64,000 bases of DNA from an uncultured Candidatus Binatia bacterium. Its GTDB lineage: Bacteria > Desulfobacterota > Binatia > UBA9968 > JAJDTQ01. Shown here piece after piece: positions 48,810 through 58,518 of this stretch; position 1 is the first letter of the stretch, and the number at the start of each line of letters is the position of its first letter. Location: assembly GCA_965213675.1 (NCBI GenBank), contig OZ243916.1:2240001-2304000 (forward strand). The letters are read 5' to 3'. The notes below the pieces were generated by a model. It worked only from the letters and a program-made list of their open reading frames with translations. It was not told where the DNA came from and searched no databases. A program made the translations under genes and the position numbers.

Positions 48810-50186
48810 TCAGACGTATTTGCTTACGTCCACCCGCTTCATGGCCTCCAGCGGCACTTCGTTCTTGATGGGGAATTCGCCTTCCAGGGGGCGGGTGGCG
48901 TCCACCACGGCGACGCTGTCGCCGAGCCAGCCGCGGAAGTTCTGGACCTCGCGGATGACGTCGAGGTCCCGGTCCCAGTGGGTGCGGGTGCCCACCGCCC
49001 ACATCACCTCGCGCTCGTTGAAAACGTCCACGTCGTCATCCACCACCACGCAGAGCTTGAGGTTGGGCATGTCGGCGAATGCCTGCATGGCGGCCTTCTT
49101 GGGTTCGTTGGGGAACTTCTTGTCGATGGAGATGTAGCAGATCACGCGGCCGCAGCCGGAGTGGGGCAGGTGGATGGCCTTGATGCCCGGGATGTTGCGC
49201 TTGATGGAGTTGTAGACGCTGCCTTCCTTGGTGATGCCGCCCAGGTTCCAGTGGTCCTTCTGGCCCGCCCAGATATCCTGCATCACCGCGTTCCTGCGGT
49301 GGGTGACCGCGGTGACCTCGACAATCGGCACGTCCATGGTCACCTGGTAGTAACGCAGCACCTCGCCGAAGGGGTTCTGGGAGCGGCGCACGTTGGGCGG
49401 CACCTCGCCCTCGATGATCATCTCGGCGTCCGCGGGCACGAGGAAGTCTTCGCCCCAGGTCACCGACGGGGTCAACCGCAACGGCTCGCGCATGAACGCC
49501 GCGGCGCTCTGGTAGTCGTCGTTGCCGTAGGGGGTCATGCAACACGACGAGAAATAGAAGGCCGGATGGTGACCCATCACGATGATCACCGGCGCCCGCT
49601 GCTCCTTGGCCTCGTTCTCGCTGACGATGGCTTCCAGGTGATGGTGCTTGTGGGCCGAGAAGCTCATGGTGCGACCGTCGTAGTAGAGATTCTTGGTGAA
49701 AGTGATGTCGTAGAACGGCTCCGCCTCGCCTTTCATGACGCAGGCCATGGTCCAGTAGGGACCCACGTCGAGATCGTGGTGCATGGGGATGGGATACCGG
49801 GCCAGGTCCACGTCCGACCCGCGCACCACCACCTCACGGCACGGCGCGGCGTCAGGCGCGATGACCTCGGTCTCGCCCTTCTCCTTCTCCAACCGCGACA
49901 CCTCCAGGCTCAACTCCATGTTGGACTTGAGGTCACCCATGCCCATGCCGTCGGCGCAGAACTGCCGGCTCACCCAAGGGTTGTAGAAGAGCGGAAACGG
50001 AGACGGCTTCCCCTCCAGCGTGGTCACGTTCTCGAACAGCACCATCTTGTCCAGACCGCGGTCGTCCAGGTGCTTCAGGAACGCGATGGTCTCGCACTTG
50101 TTGGGATCGATGGGGTCCTTCACCCGGATCAGGTCGCCCGGGCGGCGCTCTTCCTCGGTGGCGATGAATTCCTGTAGGTCTCTCAT
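48810..50186 (-). CDS. UbiD-family (prFMN-dependent) decarboxylase
   Basis: Motifs DL...PIP.H..D.GPY, G.HPA, VPADAEMIIEG, PFGE, VVVDDDVDVFN..EV.WA..TR, DATRP. Confidence 0.88.
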   Translation of the reverse strand: MRDLQEFIATEEERRPGDLIRVKDPIDPNKCETIAFLKHLDDRGLDKMVLFENVTTLEGKPSPFPLFYNPWVSRQFCADGMGMGDLKSNMELSLEVSRLEKEKGETEVIAPDAAPCREVVVRGSDVDLARYPIPMHHDLDVGPYWTMACVMKGEAEPFYDITFTKNLYYDGRTMSFSAHKHHHLEAIVSENEAKEQRAPVIIVMGHHPAFYFSSCCMTPYGNDDYQSAAAFMREPLRLTPSVTWGEDFLVPADAEMIIEGEVPPNVRRSQNPFGEVLRYYQVTMDVPIVEVTAVTHRRNAVMQDIWAGQKDHWNLGGITKEGSVYNSIKRNIPGIKAIHLPHSGCGRVICYISIDKKFPNEPKKAAMQAFADMPNLKLCVVVDDDVDVFNEREVMWAVGTRTHWDRDLDVIREVQNFRGWLGDSVAVVDATRPLEGEFPIKNEVPLEAMKRVDVSKYV

Positions 50187-50435
50187 GGTCGATTCTCCCT
50201 GGATGAAACTGGTTCGTGCGAAGTTCAGCCGTCCCAGTCGTTCGACTTAGCTTACTGTTCGGTAGGCGCTGGACTCGCTGCGCCTGTCCTGACATCGTCG
50301 TAGAACCCGGGACCAGCGGTACTGGGAAATGGTCCCCCCGTTCGTCCTGGGCGTAGCGAAGTCAAAGGAGTGCACGTTGGCCAATGGCGAGTGTCAACGC
50401 TTCCTTAGACAATCGCCGCTACAAGCGCAAGGTTC

Positions 50436-50756
50436 TCAGGCTTCGGCCAGCACCGACCCCATCCACGCCAGGTAGCTCTCGTTGCCCTCGATCATGGGCA
50501 CGGCGATGATCTCCGGGACGTCGTAGTCGTGGAGTTGCCGCACTCTCACCTTGAGCCGGTCGAAGAGGTCGGCCCGGGTCTTGACGATGAGGAGGTCCTC
50601 GGCGTCGCGCTCGATTCGCCCTTCCCACGTATAGGTGGACTCGATCCCGGGAATACGGTTGACGCAGGCGGCGAGTTTCTCCCGCACCAGCGCGGCGGCC
50701 AGGTCCCGCGCGTTTTCCGCGGATGCCGTGATGTAGACCACGAGGAATTCCTTCAT
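50436..50756 (-). CDS. cutA: Divalent-cation tolerance protein CutA
   Basis: Motifs LVREKLAACVN, STYTWEG, LIVKT, HDYDVPEI, YLAW. Confidence 0.93.
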   Translation of the reverse strand: MKEFLVVYITASAENARDLAAALVREKLAACVNRIPGIESTYTWEGRIERDAEDLLIVKTRADLFDRLKVRVRQLHDYDVPEIIAVPMIEGNESYLAWMGSVLAEA

Positions 50757-50967
50757 TTCAGCGACCCCCAATCTTTGAAAAACGGCCCGCCGCGCGTCCG
50801 TTTGCGCGGCCCACCCCAGTATGATTTATTTCGTGTCTGCACAGTCCGCGCTTGTCAATCCAGCCGCCCGTCCGGCGTCCCGCTGGCGTGCGTTCGGTTC
50901 ATAGAGTTCTGGAGCCATCCTGTAAACCGTTCCCGAAGACAGCCTTGAGAAGGGGGTAGAAACCCGA

Positions 50968-51345
50968 ATGGAAGCCATCGATTTTGCCAAGGGCGGAGGC
51001 ATCGTCCCGGTGGTGGTGCAGGACCACGAGACGCTGGACGTGCTCATGCTCGCCTACATGAACGAACAAGCCTTCAACCTCACCCGCGAAACCGGCAAGG
51101 CCCACTACTACAGCCGTTCGCGGGACAAGCTGTGGCTCAAGGGCGAGGAGTCCGGGCATTTCCAGGTCGTCAAGGATATCCTTGTGGATTGCGACAACGA
51201 CACGGTGATCCTCAAGATCGTCCAGCAGGGCGGCGGCGCCTGCCACCTGGGCTACCGCACCTGCTTCTTCCGACACGACGCCGGCGAAGACTGGGAGGTG
51301 TGCGAGGAGAAGGTGTTCAACCCCGAGGAGGTCTACAACAAGTGA
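50968..51345 (+). CDS. hisI: Phosphoribosyl-AMP cyclohydrolase
   Basis: Motifs VLMLAYMN, YSRSR..LW.KGE.SG, DCD.D, ACH.G...CF. Confidence 0.95.
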   Translation: MEAIDFAKGGGIVPVVVQDHETLDVLMLAYMNEQAFNLTRETGKAHYYSRSRDKLWLKGEESGHFQVVKDILVDCDNDTVILKIVQQGGGACHLGYRTCFFRHDAGEDWEVCEEKVFNPEEVYNK

Positions 51346-52232
51346 AGCAACTCAAGCTGGGGCTTCCCAAGGGGAGCTTGGAAAACTCCACCATCGAACT
51401 TTTCCGCAAGTCGGGCTGGAAGATCACCGGCATGAACCGGAGTTATTTTCCTTCCATCGACGACGACTCGCTGACGTGCAGCGTGGTGCGCGCCCAGGAG
51501 ATGTCCCGCTACGTGGAGGACGGCACCCTGGACGCGGGCATTACCGGCAAGGACTGGATCCAGGAGAACGACTCCCAGGTCGAGTACATCACGGAACTGA
51601 TCTACGCCAAGACCAGCTTCCGCCCGACCCGCTGGGTGCTGGCGGTGCCCCATGACTCGCCGGTGCAGAAGATCGAAGACCTCAAGGGCAAGAAGGTGGC
51701 CACCGAGATGGTGAACTTCACCCGGCGGCTGTTCGAATCGCACAACACGCCGGTGGACGTGGAGTTTTCCTGGGGCGCCACCGAGGCCAAGGCCGCCGAA
51801 GGGCTGGCCGACGCCATCGTCGAGGTCACCGAGACCGGCGGCACCATCCGCGCCCACGGCCTGCGCATCGTCACCGACCTGCTGGAATCCGCGCCCCAGC
51901 TCATCGCCAACAAGGCCGCTTGGCAGGACTCCTGGAAGCGCTCCAAGATCGAGCAGATCAGCACGCTGCTCAAGGGCGCCCTGGCCGCCGAACACAAGGT
52001 GGGCATCAAGATGAATGTGAAGGAGGAAGACCTCCAGAAGATCGTCGACCTGATCCCCAGCCTCACCGCCCCCACCGTCGCGACCCTCTACGACACCCCG
52101 GCCCTGGGCGGCAAGAAGTGGTTCTCCGTGGAAAGCGTCATCGCCGAGGACGTGGTGCGCGAACTCATACCGGAGCTCATGCGCAACGGCGCCGTGGGAA
52201 TCCTGGAGTACCCGCTGAACAAGGTGGTCTGA
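51342..52232 (+). CDS. hisG: ATP phosphoribosyltransferase (long form)
   Basis: GTGA overlap with hisI. Motifs LGLPKGSL, DAGITGKD, SWGATE, DAIVEVTETG, C-terminal regulatory domain. Confidence 0.95.
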   Translation: MKQLKLGLPKGSLENSTIELFRKSGWKITGMNRSYFPSIDDDSLTCSVVRAQEMSRYVEDGTLDAGITGKDWIQENDSQVEYITELIYAKTSFRPTRWVLAVPHDSPVQKIEDLKGKKVATEMVNFTRRLFESHNTPVDVEFSWGATEAKAAEGLADAIVEVTETGGTIRAHGLRIVTDLLESAPQLIANKAAWQDSWKRSKIEQISTLLKGALAAEHKVGIKMNVKEEDLQKIVDLIPSLTAPTVATLYDTPALGGKKWFSVESVIAEDVVRELIPELMRNGAVGILEYPLNKVV

Positions 52233-52316
52233 GCGGAACCCGGCCGCGCCCCGGAAAAGTCCACCGGGACGGCGATAACGAACTTTCGCTTTCGCGAATT
52301 CCTGCGGCGCAGGCTC

Positions 52317-52859
52317 CTAGAACCCCTCCATCTGCCGGTCCTCCAGCTCTTCCTTGCCCTTGTCGTCGATGGAGTAGACGCCGCCTTCGGATGAGATGAG
52401 CTCGGGGTCGTAGTAGAGCTTGGAGACTTCGAGGCCGTCGTCGAATTCGACCATGCGGATGGCGTCCCAAGGGCAGATCTTCTTGTCGAGGCGATCCTCG
52501 GAGTCGGTGCCGATGAGCTGGAGATCGCTCTTCTTGGGTTCCTGCTCCTTCTCCAGGGGCTTCTTGTCGGCATCGTAGAGGCGGTTGCCGTATTCGAAGA
52601 AGATCTGACCGGTGTTCTTGTGCTCGTGAATCTTGGTGAGGTCGTCGCTGTAGCACATCTGGCAGCCAATGCACTTCTCGTTGTCCACCCACACCCGGTA
52701 GGGCTTGAGGCCACCGCCGGGCATCTCTTCGTAAAGGAGGTTGATGCAGTCGTCCACCGGGCAATGCACCTCGCACAACGGCGCGCCGGCGCAACTGGTA
52801 CAGTTCTCGTTCATCACGGCCAGGAGCGCCGTGCCCTTGCGTTTCTTGGCTTCAGCCAT
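52317..52859 (-). CDS. 4Fe-4S dicluster ferredoxin-like protein with large insertion
   Basis: CTSCAGAPLCEVHCP and CIGCQMC...CPWDAI motifs. Confidence 0.8.
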   Translation of the reverse strand: MAEAKKRKGTALLAVMNENCTSCAGAPLCEVHCPVDDCINLLYEEMPGGGLKPYRVWVDNEKCIGCQMCYSDDLTKIHEHKNTGQIFFEYGNRLYDADKKPLEKEQEPKKSDLQLIGTDSEDRLDKKICPWDAIRMVEFDDGLEVSKLYYDPELISSEGGVYSIDDKGKEELEDRQMEGF

Positions 52860-53718
52860 CGACCTTCACCCTTCTCCTCGCCTTGTACCGGAAATAGAAG
52901 AACAGCCCCAAAACCAGCAGCAGGAAAACCCAATAGTATCGGACCAGACCGACCACGGCCCATTCGAGCCAGTAGACGAAGTTTCCCGACTGTCCGCTGA
53001 GCCGGGTGAGTGCTTCCTGAGCCCCGGAATAGTCCCGCAGTTCCTTGCGCACCCGGGCGAGACCGTACAGGGCGGCCTCATCGTTCGGCTGACGGGCCAG
53101 ACTCCTTTCGAAGTCGGTCCTGGCTTCCCGCCACTTGCCCAAGTCCACGTAGGCCCAGCCGCGGTTGCTGGCGGCCTGCGCGAACTCCGGGTTCAACTCC
53201 AGAGCGCGCGAGAAGCTTTGGACGGCCGGCTCCAGGTCGCCCTTGCGCTTGAGCGCGACACCCAGGTTGTTGTGAACCTCCGGGACATCAGGCTTGAGCG
53301 CGGCCACCTTGCGGTACGACTCGATGGCCGCCTCGACGTCGCCCGCGGCTTCCATGTCGAGCCAGCCCAGCAGCGTCAATGCCTCGGCGTCCTCCGGCGC
53401 CAAGGCCACGGCCTTCCTCACATGCGCCAAGGCCTCCTCGCGCTCGCCGCGCTTGAGAGCCGCCAAGCCCAACACCTGCAGGAGCTGAGGCTCGTCCGGA
53501 TACCGTTCAAGCAGCTTCTGGAACTTGTCCCAAGCGTCCGCGACCTTGCCCGCGGCCAGATCCCGTCGTCCTTCACGCCAGGACTCTTCGTCCACCAAGG
53601 CGGAGCGGACTTCTCCGCAAATGCCCAGAACCGCAACGAGGGCCAGCGCCGCCAAGGACGCCAAGCCCCGGCATCTACTTCCACATCTTGTCAGGGATTT
53701 CGTCCTCTCGGCCCTCAT
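52852..53718 (-). CDS. Exported TPR-repeat protein with C-terminal TM anchor
   Basis: N-terminal hydrophobic segment, TPR repeats (HNNLGVAL, SNRGWAY), C-terminal TM plus basic tail; possible TTG start at 53664. Confidence 0.85.
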   Translation of the reverse strand: MRAERTKSLTRCGSRCRGLASLAALALVAVLGICGEVRSALVDEESWREGRRDLAAGKVADAWDKFQKLLERYPDEPQLLQVLGLAALKRGEREEALAHVRKAVALAPEDAEALTLLGWLDMEAAGDVEAAIESYRKVAALKPDVPEVHNNLGVALKRKGDLEPAVQSFSRALELNPEFAQAASNRGWAYVDLGKWREARTDFERSLARQPNDEAALYGLARVRKELRDYSGAQEALTRLSGQSGNFVYWLEWAVVGLVRYYWVFLLLVLGLFFYFRYKARRRVKVDG

Positions 53719-53860
53719 CGATCAGCCTGTCATTCTTCAGAGCTTGCTTAAGGCCGACCCAGGTGAAGAACAGGACGAGAATCAGCATGCCCACGATGGG
53801 AATGTTGTCGGGCTTGGTCACGATCTCCATGAAATAGTACAAGCCGGATTGCTCTTCCAT
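53675..53860 (-). CDS. Small membrane protein (PDNIPI motif)
   Basis: 61 aa, single TM, KPDNIPIVGM; host-like codon usage. Confidence 0.7.
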   Translation of the reverse strand: MEEQSGLYYFMEIVTKPDNIPIVGMLILVLFFTWVGLKQALKNDRLIDEGREDEIPDKMWK

Positions 53861-54010
53861 ACGAACTCGACCACCTTTAGCGAAGTACGGTAAGAGTTAT
53901 TGGAAAATCACGTGCTTGTCAATGTACGGGCCGGTTTCCACAGGCTGGTTCCGAGGTCACCCGGACGCTCTGGCGGGCGACCTTCCCTTGGGCTATAGTT
54001 TGTCCTGCCT

Positions 54011-55399
54011 ATGCGGGACCTTGGCGTCATCGTCCTGGCCGCCGGCCAAGGCAAGCGGATGCGATCCACCGTGCCCAAGGTGCTGCATTCCCTGGGCGGC
54101 AGGCCGTTGCTGGCCCATGTGCTGGAAGCGTGCGCCGGGCTTGAGCCGGACGTGGTGCGCGTCGTGGTGGGACACGGGTTCGAGCGCATCCACACAGCCT
54201 TTCCGGACATGGACCCGGCCACCTGGGTGCTCCAGCCCGAGCCATTGGGCACCGGCCATGCCGCCCGTTGCGCAACCGGGGCGCTGGGCGGCTTCCGCGG
54301 CGACCTGCTCATTCTCAACGGCGACGTGCCGCTGTTGTCGCGCCAGAGCCTTTTTCGCATGTTGGCGGCGCACCGATCCGGCGGCCACGACCTGACCTTG
54401 GCCGTGGCCACGATGTCGGACCCCGCGGGCTACGGCCGCGTCCTGCGCGACCCCGGCGGCCACATCACCGGGGTGGTGGAAGAGCGCGACGCCAACAAGA
54501 CGCAACGGGCCCTTCAGGAAATCAACGTCGGCATCTACCTGGCATCGGGCGATTTCCTGGGCGCGGCTCTCGCGTCCCTGGACAACCGCAACGACCAGGG
54601 AGAATACTATCTCCCGGACATCACTGGCTTCGCCGCGCAGACGGAGTCCCGCATCGGCAGCGTGACCCTTGACGATGCGCGTGAATTCCGCGGCGTGAAC
54701 AACCGGGAGGAACTCGCCTGGATGGAAAAGGCATTGCAGCGGGACATCAACCGCAAGTGGATGGAGCGTGGCGTCACTCTGAAGGACCCGGACAGCACCT
54801 ACATCGACGCCGAGGCCGTCATCGGCGCGGACACGTTCATCGGCCCCAACAGCCACCTGCTGGGCCGCACCGTGGTGGGCGCCGGCTGCCGGATCGATGG
54901 CAACGCCTACCTCACCCGCGCGCGTCTCGCCGACGCGGTCCATTTGCGCTTCTCGGTGGTGCTGGAGGACTGCGACGTCGGGGAGGGAGTGAGCATCGGC
55001 CCGTTCGCGCACCTGCGCCCCGGCGCCGACTTGAAACGTGACGTCCACATCGGCAACTTCGTGGAAGTGAAGAACTCGACGGTGGGGGAAGGCACCAAGG
55101 CCAGTCACCTGAGCTACATCGGCGACACCGATCTCGGACGGGAGTCCAACATCGGCGCCGGCGCCATTACCTGCAACTACGACGGCTTCGCCAAGCATCG
55201 CACCACCATCGGCGACCGCGTACAGGTGGGCAGCGACACCCAGCTTGTGGCCCCGGTGACGGTGGGCGACGACGCCTACATCGGCGCCGGGTCCACCATT
55301 ACCCGGGACGTACCCGCTGGCGCCCTGGCAGTGAGCCGCACCCCCCAGCAGCACAAAGAGGGGTGGGTGGCCAGTTTCCGTGCGAGGAAGAGCAAGTAG
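54011..55399 (+). CDS. glmU: Bifunctional UDP-GlcNAc pyrophosphorylase/glucosamine-1-P acetyltransferase
   Basis: Motifs LAAGQGKRM, PKVLH, GTGHA, GEYYL.D, GNFVEVK, HLSYIGD, NYDG. Confidence 0.97.
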   Translation: MRDLGVIVLAAGQGKRMRSTVPKVLHSLGGRPLLAHVLEACAGLEPDVVRVVVGHGFERIHTAFPDMDPATWVLQPEPLGTGHAARCATGALGGFRGDLLILNGDVPLLSRQSLFRMLAAHRSGGHDLTLAVATMSDPAGYGRVLRDPGGHITGVVEERDANKTQRALQEINVGIYLASGDFLGAALASLDNRNDQGEYYLPDITGFAAQTESRIGSVTLDDAREFRGVNNREELAWMEKALQRDINRKWMERGVTLKDPDSTYIDAEAVIGADTFIGPNSHLLGRTVVGAGCRIDGNAYLTRARLADAVHLRFSVVLEDCDVGEGVSIGPFAHLRPGADLKRDVHIGNFVEVKNSTVGEGTKASHLSYIGDTDLGRESNIGAGAITCNYDGFAKHRTTIGDRVQVGSDTQLVAPVTVGDDAYIGAGSTITRDVPAGALAVSRTPQQHKEGWVASFRARKSK

Positions 55400-55482
55400 A
55401 GGAATGGCAGCGACATCGCAATGTGCCATTCCAGCGGAACAGACTGTGTCAACACTCATCTTGGCCAAGAGATGGCACCGCC

Positions 55483-55589
55483 CTCCGAATCGTCATTCCC
55501 ACGAAAGCGGGAATGCAGGCGGGGTGAGGCGGAGAAACACGCCGTTTTGCCCCACGCCACCCCTGGATTCCCGCTTTCGCGGGAATGAC
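55483..55589. repeat. REP/MITE-like palindromic element, second full copy
   Basis: Arms and internal spacer both align with 3630-3752. Confidence 0.8.
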
Positions 55590-55804
55590 ATGGATGCGGG
55601 TTCTGCGGAAAGCTGACCGCTCATGTGTGACATCGCCGGATGTATCCGCAGACGTGACGCCGCCCCCGTGCTCATTTGCCCCACGCCTCCCATGGATTCC
55701 CGCTTTCGCGGGAATGACGTGGATACGGGGTCTGCGGAAAGCTGACCGCTCATGTGTGGCATCGTCGGATATATCGGCGGGCGCGACGCCGCCCCCGTGC
55801 TCAT
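55547..55804 (+). repeat. 129-bp imperfect tandem duplication including the glmS start
   Basis: ATG-TGT at 55623 and 55752; both copies contain the REP arm, gcggaaagctgaccgctc and the first ~18 glmS codons. Confidence 0.9.
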
Positions 55805-57575
55805 CGACAGCCTGAGGAAGCTGGAATACCGGGGCTACGACTCGGCCGGTATCGCGGTGTTGAACGGCGGCGGGATCGCGCTGCGTCGCGCGGAGGGCAA
55901 GCTCGCCCGGCTCGAGACGCTTCTCGCCAGCGCCCCCATCGACGGGCATGCCGGCGTCGGCCACACCCGATGGGCCACCCACGGCGGACCCTCCGAGGCC
56001 AACGCCCACCCGCACCGGGCAGGCGACACGGTGGTGGTGCACAACGGCATCATCGAGAACTACCTGGAGCTCAGGCAGGCCCTGCTCGGGCGCGGCGCGG
56101 CGCTGACCTCGGATACGGACACCGAGCTGGTCGCCCACCTGGTCGAGGAAAAGACCGCGCGGGGAATGGACCTGCTCGACGCGGTGCGTGGGACCATCCG
56201 GGAAATCCACGGTTCTTACGCTCTGGTGTTCCTCAGCCAGCGCGAGCCACAACGGCTCATCGTCGCCAAGAACGCCTCGCCCATCGTCGTGGGCGCGGGC
56301 GACGGCGAGACCTTCATCGCCTCGGACATCCCGGCTCTGCTGGAGTACACGCGTAACGTCGCCTTCCTGGAAGACGGCGAGATCGCCGAGGTCCGGGTCG
56401 ACGGATTCCGCATCCTCGACTCCAGGGCGCGCACGGTCGCCCGTCCCACCAAGCGGATCACCTGGGACGCCGTGGCCGCCCAGAAGGGCGGCTACCGCCA
56501 CTTCATGCTGAAGGAAATCCACGAGCAGCCCCAGGCCGTCACCGATACCCTGCGCGGGCGCATCGCCCTCGAATCCGGCGCCGTCGAGGTGGCCGAACTG
56601 AACCTCACCGAGGACCAGTTGGCGCGTACGCGCAAGATCCACCTGGTGGGCTGCGGCACGGCGTGGCACGCCGCGTTGGTGGGCAAGTTCCTGATCGAGG
56701 AGCTGGCGCGGATCCCGGCCGAGGTGGACTACGGCTCGGAATTTCGCCACCGCACCCCGCTCCTGGGAGCGGATTCGCTGCTCGTGCCAGTGAGCCAGTC
56801 CGGCGAGACCGCGGACACCCTGGCGTCCCTGGAGGTAGGGCGGCGGCAGGGCGCCCGCGCCGTTTCGATCTGCAACGTGGTGGACTCGTCCCTCGCGCGC
56901 AAGTCCGACGGCGTCTTCTACACCCACGCGGGCCCGGAAATCAGCGTGGCCAGCACCAAGGCCTTCACCACCCAACTCACCGCGCTGTACCTGCTGGCCG
57001 TCCGGTTGGGACGCCGCAACGGCCAGATCACGCCCGGAGAGGCGACACGGCTCCTGGAAGACGCCATGCGGCTACCCGGCTGGCTCGAAGCGGCGCTCAA
57101 GCTTGAAGAATCCGTCGCCGAGCTGGCCCACGGGCTGAGTCACGCGAACGACATGCTCTACCTGGGCCGGGGCATCAATTACCCCATCGCCCTGGAAGGG
57201 GCGCTCAAGCTGAAGGAAATCTCCTATATCCACGCCGAGGGGTATCCCGCGGGGGAGATGAAGCACGGGCCCATCGCGCTCATCGACGAAGACATGCCGG
57301 TGGTGATGATCCTGCCCAAGGATCACCACTACCCCAAGACGCTGGGCAACCTCAAAGAAGTGGAAGCGCGGGGCGGCAAACTCATCATCGTCACCGACGA
57401 ACCCGACGCCACTCTGCGGCCCGAGTCCACCCTCGTGATCCCCAAGGTCCCCTACCATCTGGCGCCAGTCGTGCTGACCATTCCCATGCAGCTCCTGGCC
57501 TATCACATCGCGGTGCAGCGCGGCACCGACGTGGACCAGCCGCGGAACCTCGCCAAGAGTGTCACGGTGGAGTGA
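55752..57575 (+). CDS. glmS: Glutamine-fructose-6-phosphate aminotransferase
   Basis: Motifs MCGIVG, LEYRGYDSAG, HTRWATHG, SQSGETADT, PRNLAKSVTVE. Confidence 0.97.
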   Translation: MCGIVGYIGGRDAAPVLIDSLRKLEYRGYDSAGIAVLNGGGIALRRAEGKLARLETLLASAPIDGHAGVGHTRWATHGGPSEANAHPHRAGDTVVVHNGIIENYLELRQALLGRGAALTSDTDTELVAHLVEEKTARGMDLLDAVRGTIREIHGSYALVFLSQREPQRLIVAKNASPIVVGAGDGETFIASDIPALLEYTRNVAFLEDGEIAEVRVDGFRILDSRARTVARPTKRITWDAVAAQKGGYRHFMLKEIHEQPQAVTDTLRGRIALESGAVEVAELNLTEDQLARTRKIHLVGCGTAWHAALVGKFLIEELARIPAEVDYGSEFRHRTPLLGADSLLVPVSQSGETADTLASLEVGRRQGARAVSICNVVDSSLARKSDGVFYTHAGPEISVASTKAFTTQLTALYLLAVRLGRRNGQITPGEATRLLEDAMRLPGWLEAALKLEESVAELAHGLSHANDMLYLGRGINYPIALEGALKLKEISYIHAEGYPAGEMKHGPIALIDEDMPVVMILPKDHHYPKTLGNLKEVEARGGKLIIVTDEPDATLRPESTLVIPKVPYHLAPVVLTIPMQLLAYHIAVQRGTDVDQPRNLAKSVTVE

Positions 57576-57606
57576 CGCGGCGCGGCCCGCGATGCCAGAC
57601 ACCACA

Positions 57607-58257
57607 CTAGCCCACCGTGGCATCGTCGTCGGGCGGGCCGGCGACCTCCGCTCCTGCCCGCGCCACGCCCTTGAACCCGCGGGCCACCACGTAGACCTCG
57701 GACGAGCCCTTGCGCGTGGCCACGGCACGGACGCGTTGCACGCTCCGAAATGCCTCCGACATGGCTTTCAAAAGCGTTTCCAGCTCGACCCCGGTGAAGG
57801 TCTTGAAGAGAAACGCCCCGCGCGGCTTCAGGATGGCCTGGGCCACGTCATGGGCCTTGGCGGCAAGATCAAGAGCGCGCCGGAGATCGGCATCGCGGAT
57901 GCCGGACAAACGCGGCGCCATGTCGGAGAGAACACAGTCCACCGCTCCGCCGGCCGCGTCGCGGATGCGCGCCGCCGCATCCCCCGCCAGCACGTCCAGC
58001 TCGAAGGCGGCGGCATTGTTCGCGGACAGCGGCTGGATCCGCTGCAGGTCGAAGCCCAGCACCCTTCCGCGCGCGCCCACCCGCTGCGCCGCCACCTGGA
58101 GCCACCCGCCGGGCGCCGCTCCCAGGTCCACGACGACGTGGCCGTCGCGAATCACTCCGAAGCGCTGGTTGATCTCCAGTAGTTTGTACGCCGCGCGCGA
58201 GCGGTAACCCTCGCGCCGGGCCTTGCGGAAGAACCCGTCCTGGGGACGATACGGCAT
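57607..58257 (-). CDS. rlmE: 23S rRNA Um2552 methyltransferase
   Basis: Motifs YRSRAAYKL, DLGAAPGGW, SDMAP, S.EVY. Confidence 0.93.
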   Translation of the reverse strand: MPYRPQDGFFRKARREGYRSRAAYKLLEINQRFGVIRDGHVVVDLGAAPGGWLQVAAQRVGARGRVLGFDLQRIQPLSANNAAAFELDVLAGDAAARIRDAAGGAVDCVLSDMAPRLSGIRDADLRRALDLAAKAHDVAQAILKPRGAFLFKTFTGVELETLLKAMSEAFRSVQRVRAVATRKGSSEVYVVARGFKGVARAGAEVAGPPDDDATVG

Positions 58258-58518
58258 GAGTTGACGAACCCTTGAAACTTAGCGCCGCAATGCCGGGCGC
58301 TCTCTGATGGACCGGCGTACATTTCCATATCCTTGTCATCGCTCGTTGGCAAGTCGTATCCGAACGCCACGGCGCCGGGCCGGGCGCGGAGGATGCCGCG
58401 GAGAACCACCGACATGCCAGCCTGCAGGTTGCTCGATTGCGCACGAGCCATACCTGTCGTGTAATGCAACACCCGTGACACTTGACGAGACCGCGCAAGC
58501 AATGTTAATGGCGAATGC

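Noticed and set aside
55400-55751. glmS ribozyme
   Set aside because: The region is explained by the REP element and the tandem duplication; ribozyme core not seen.
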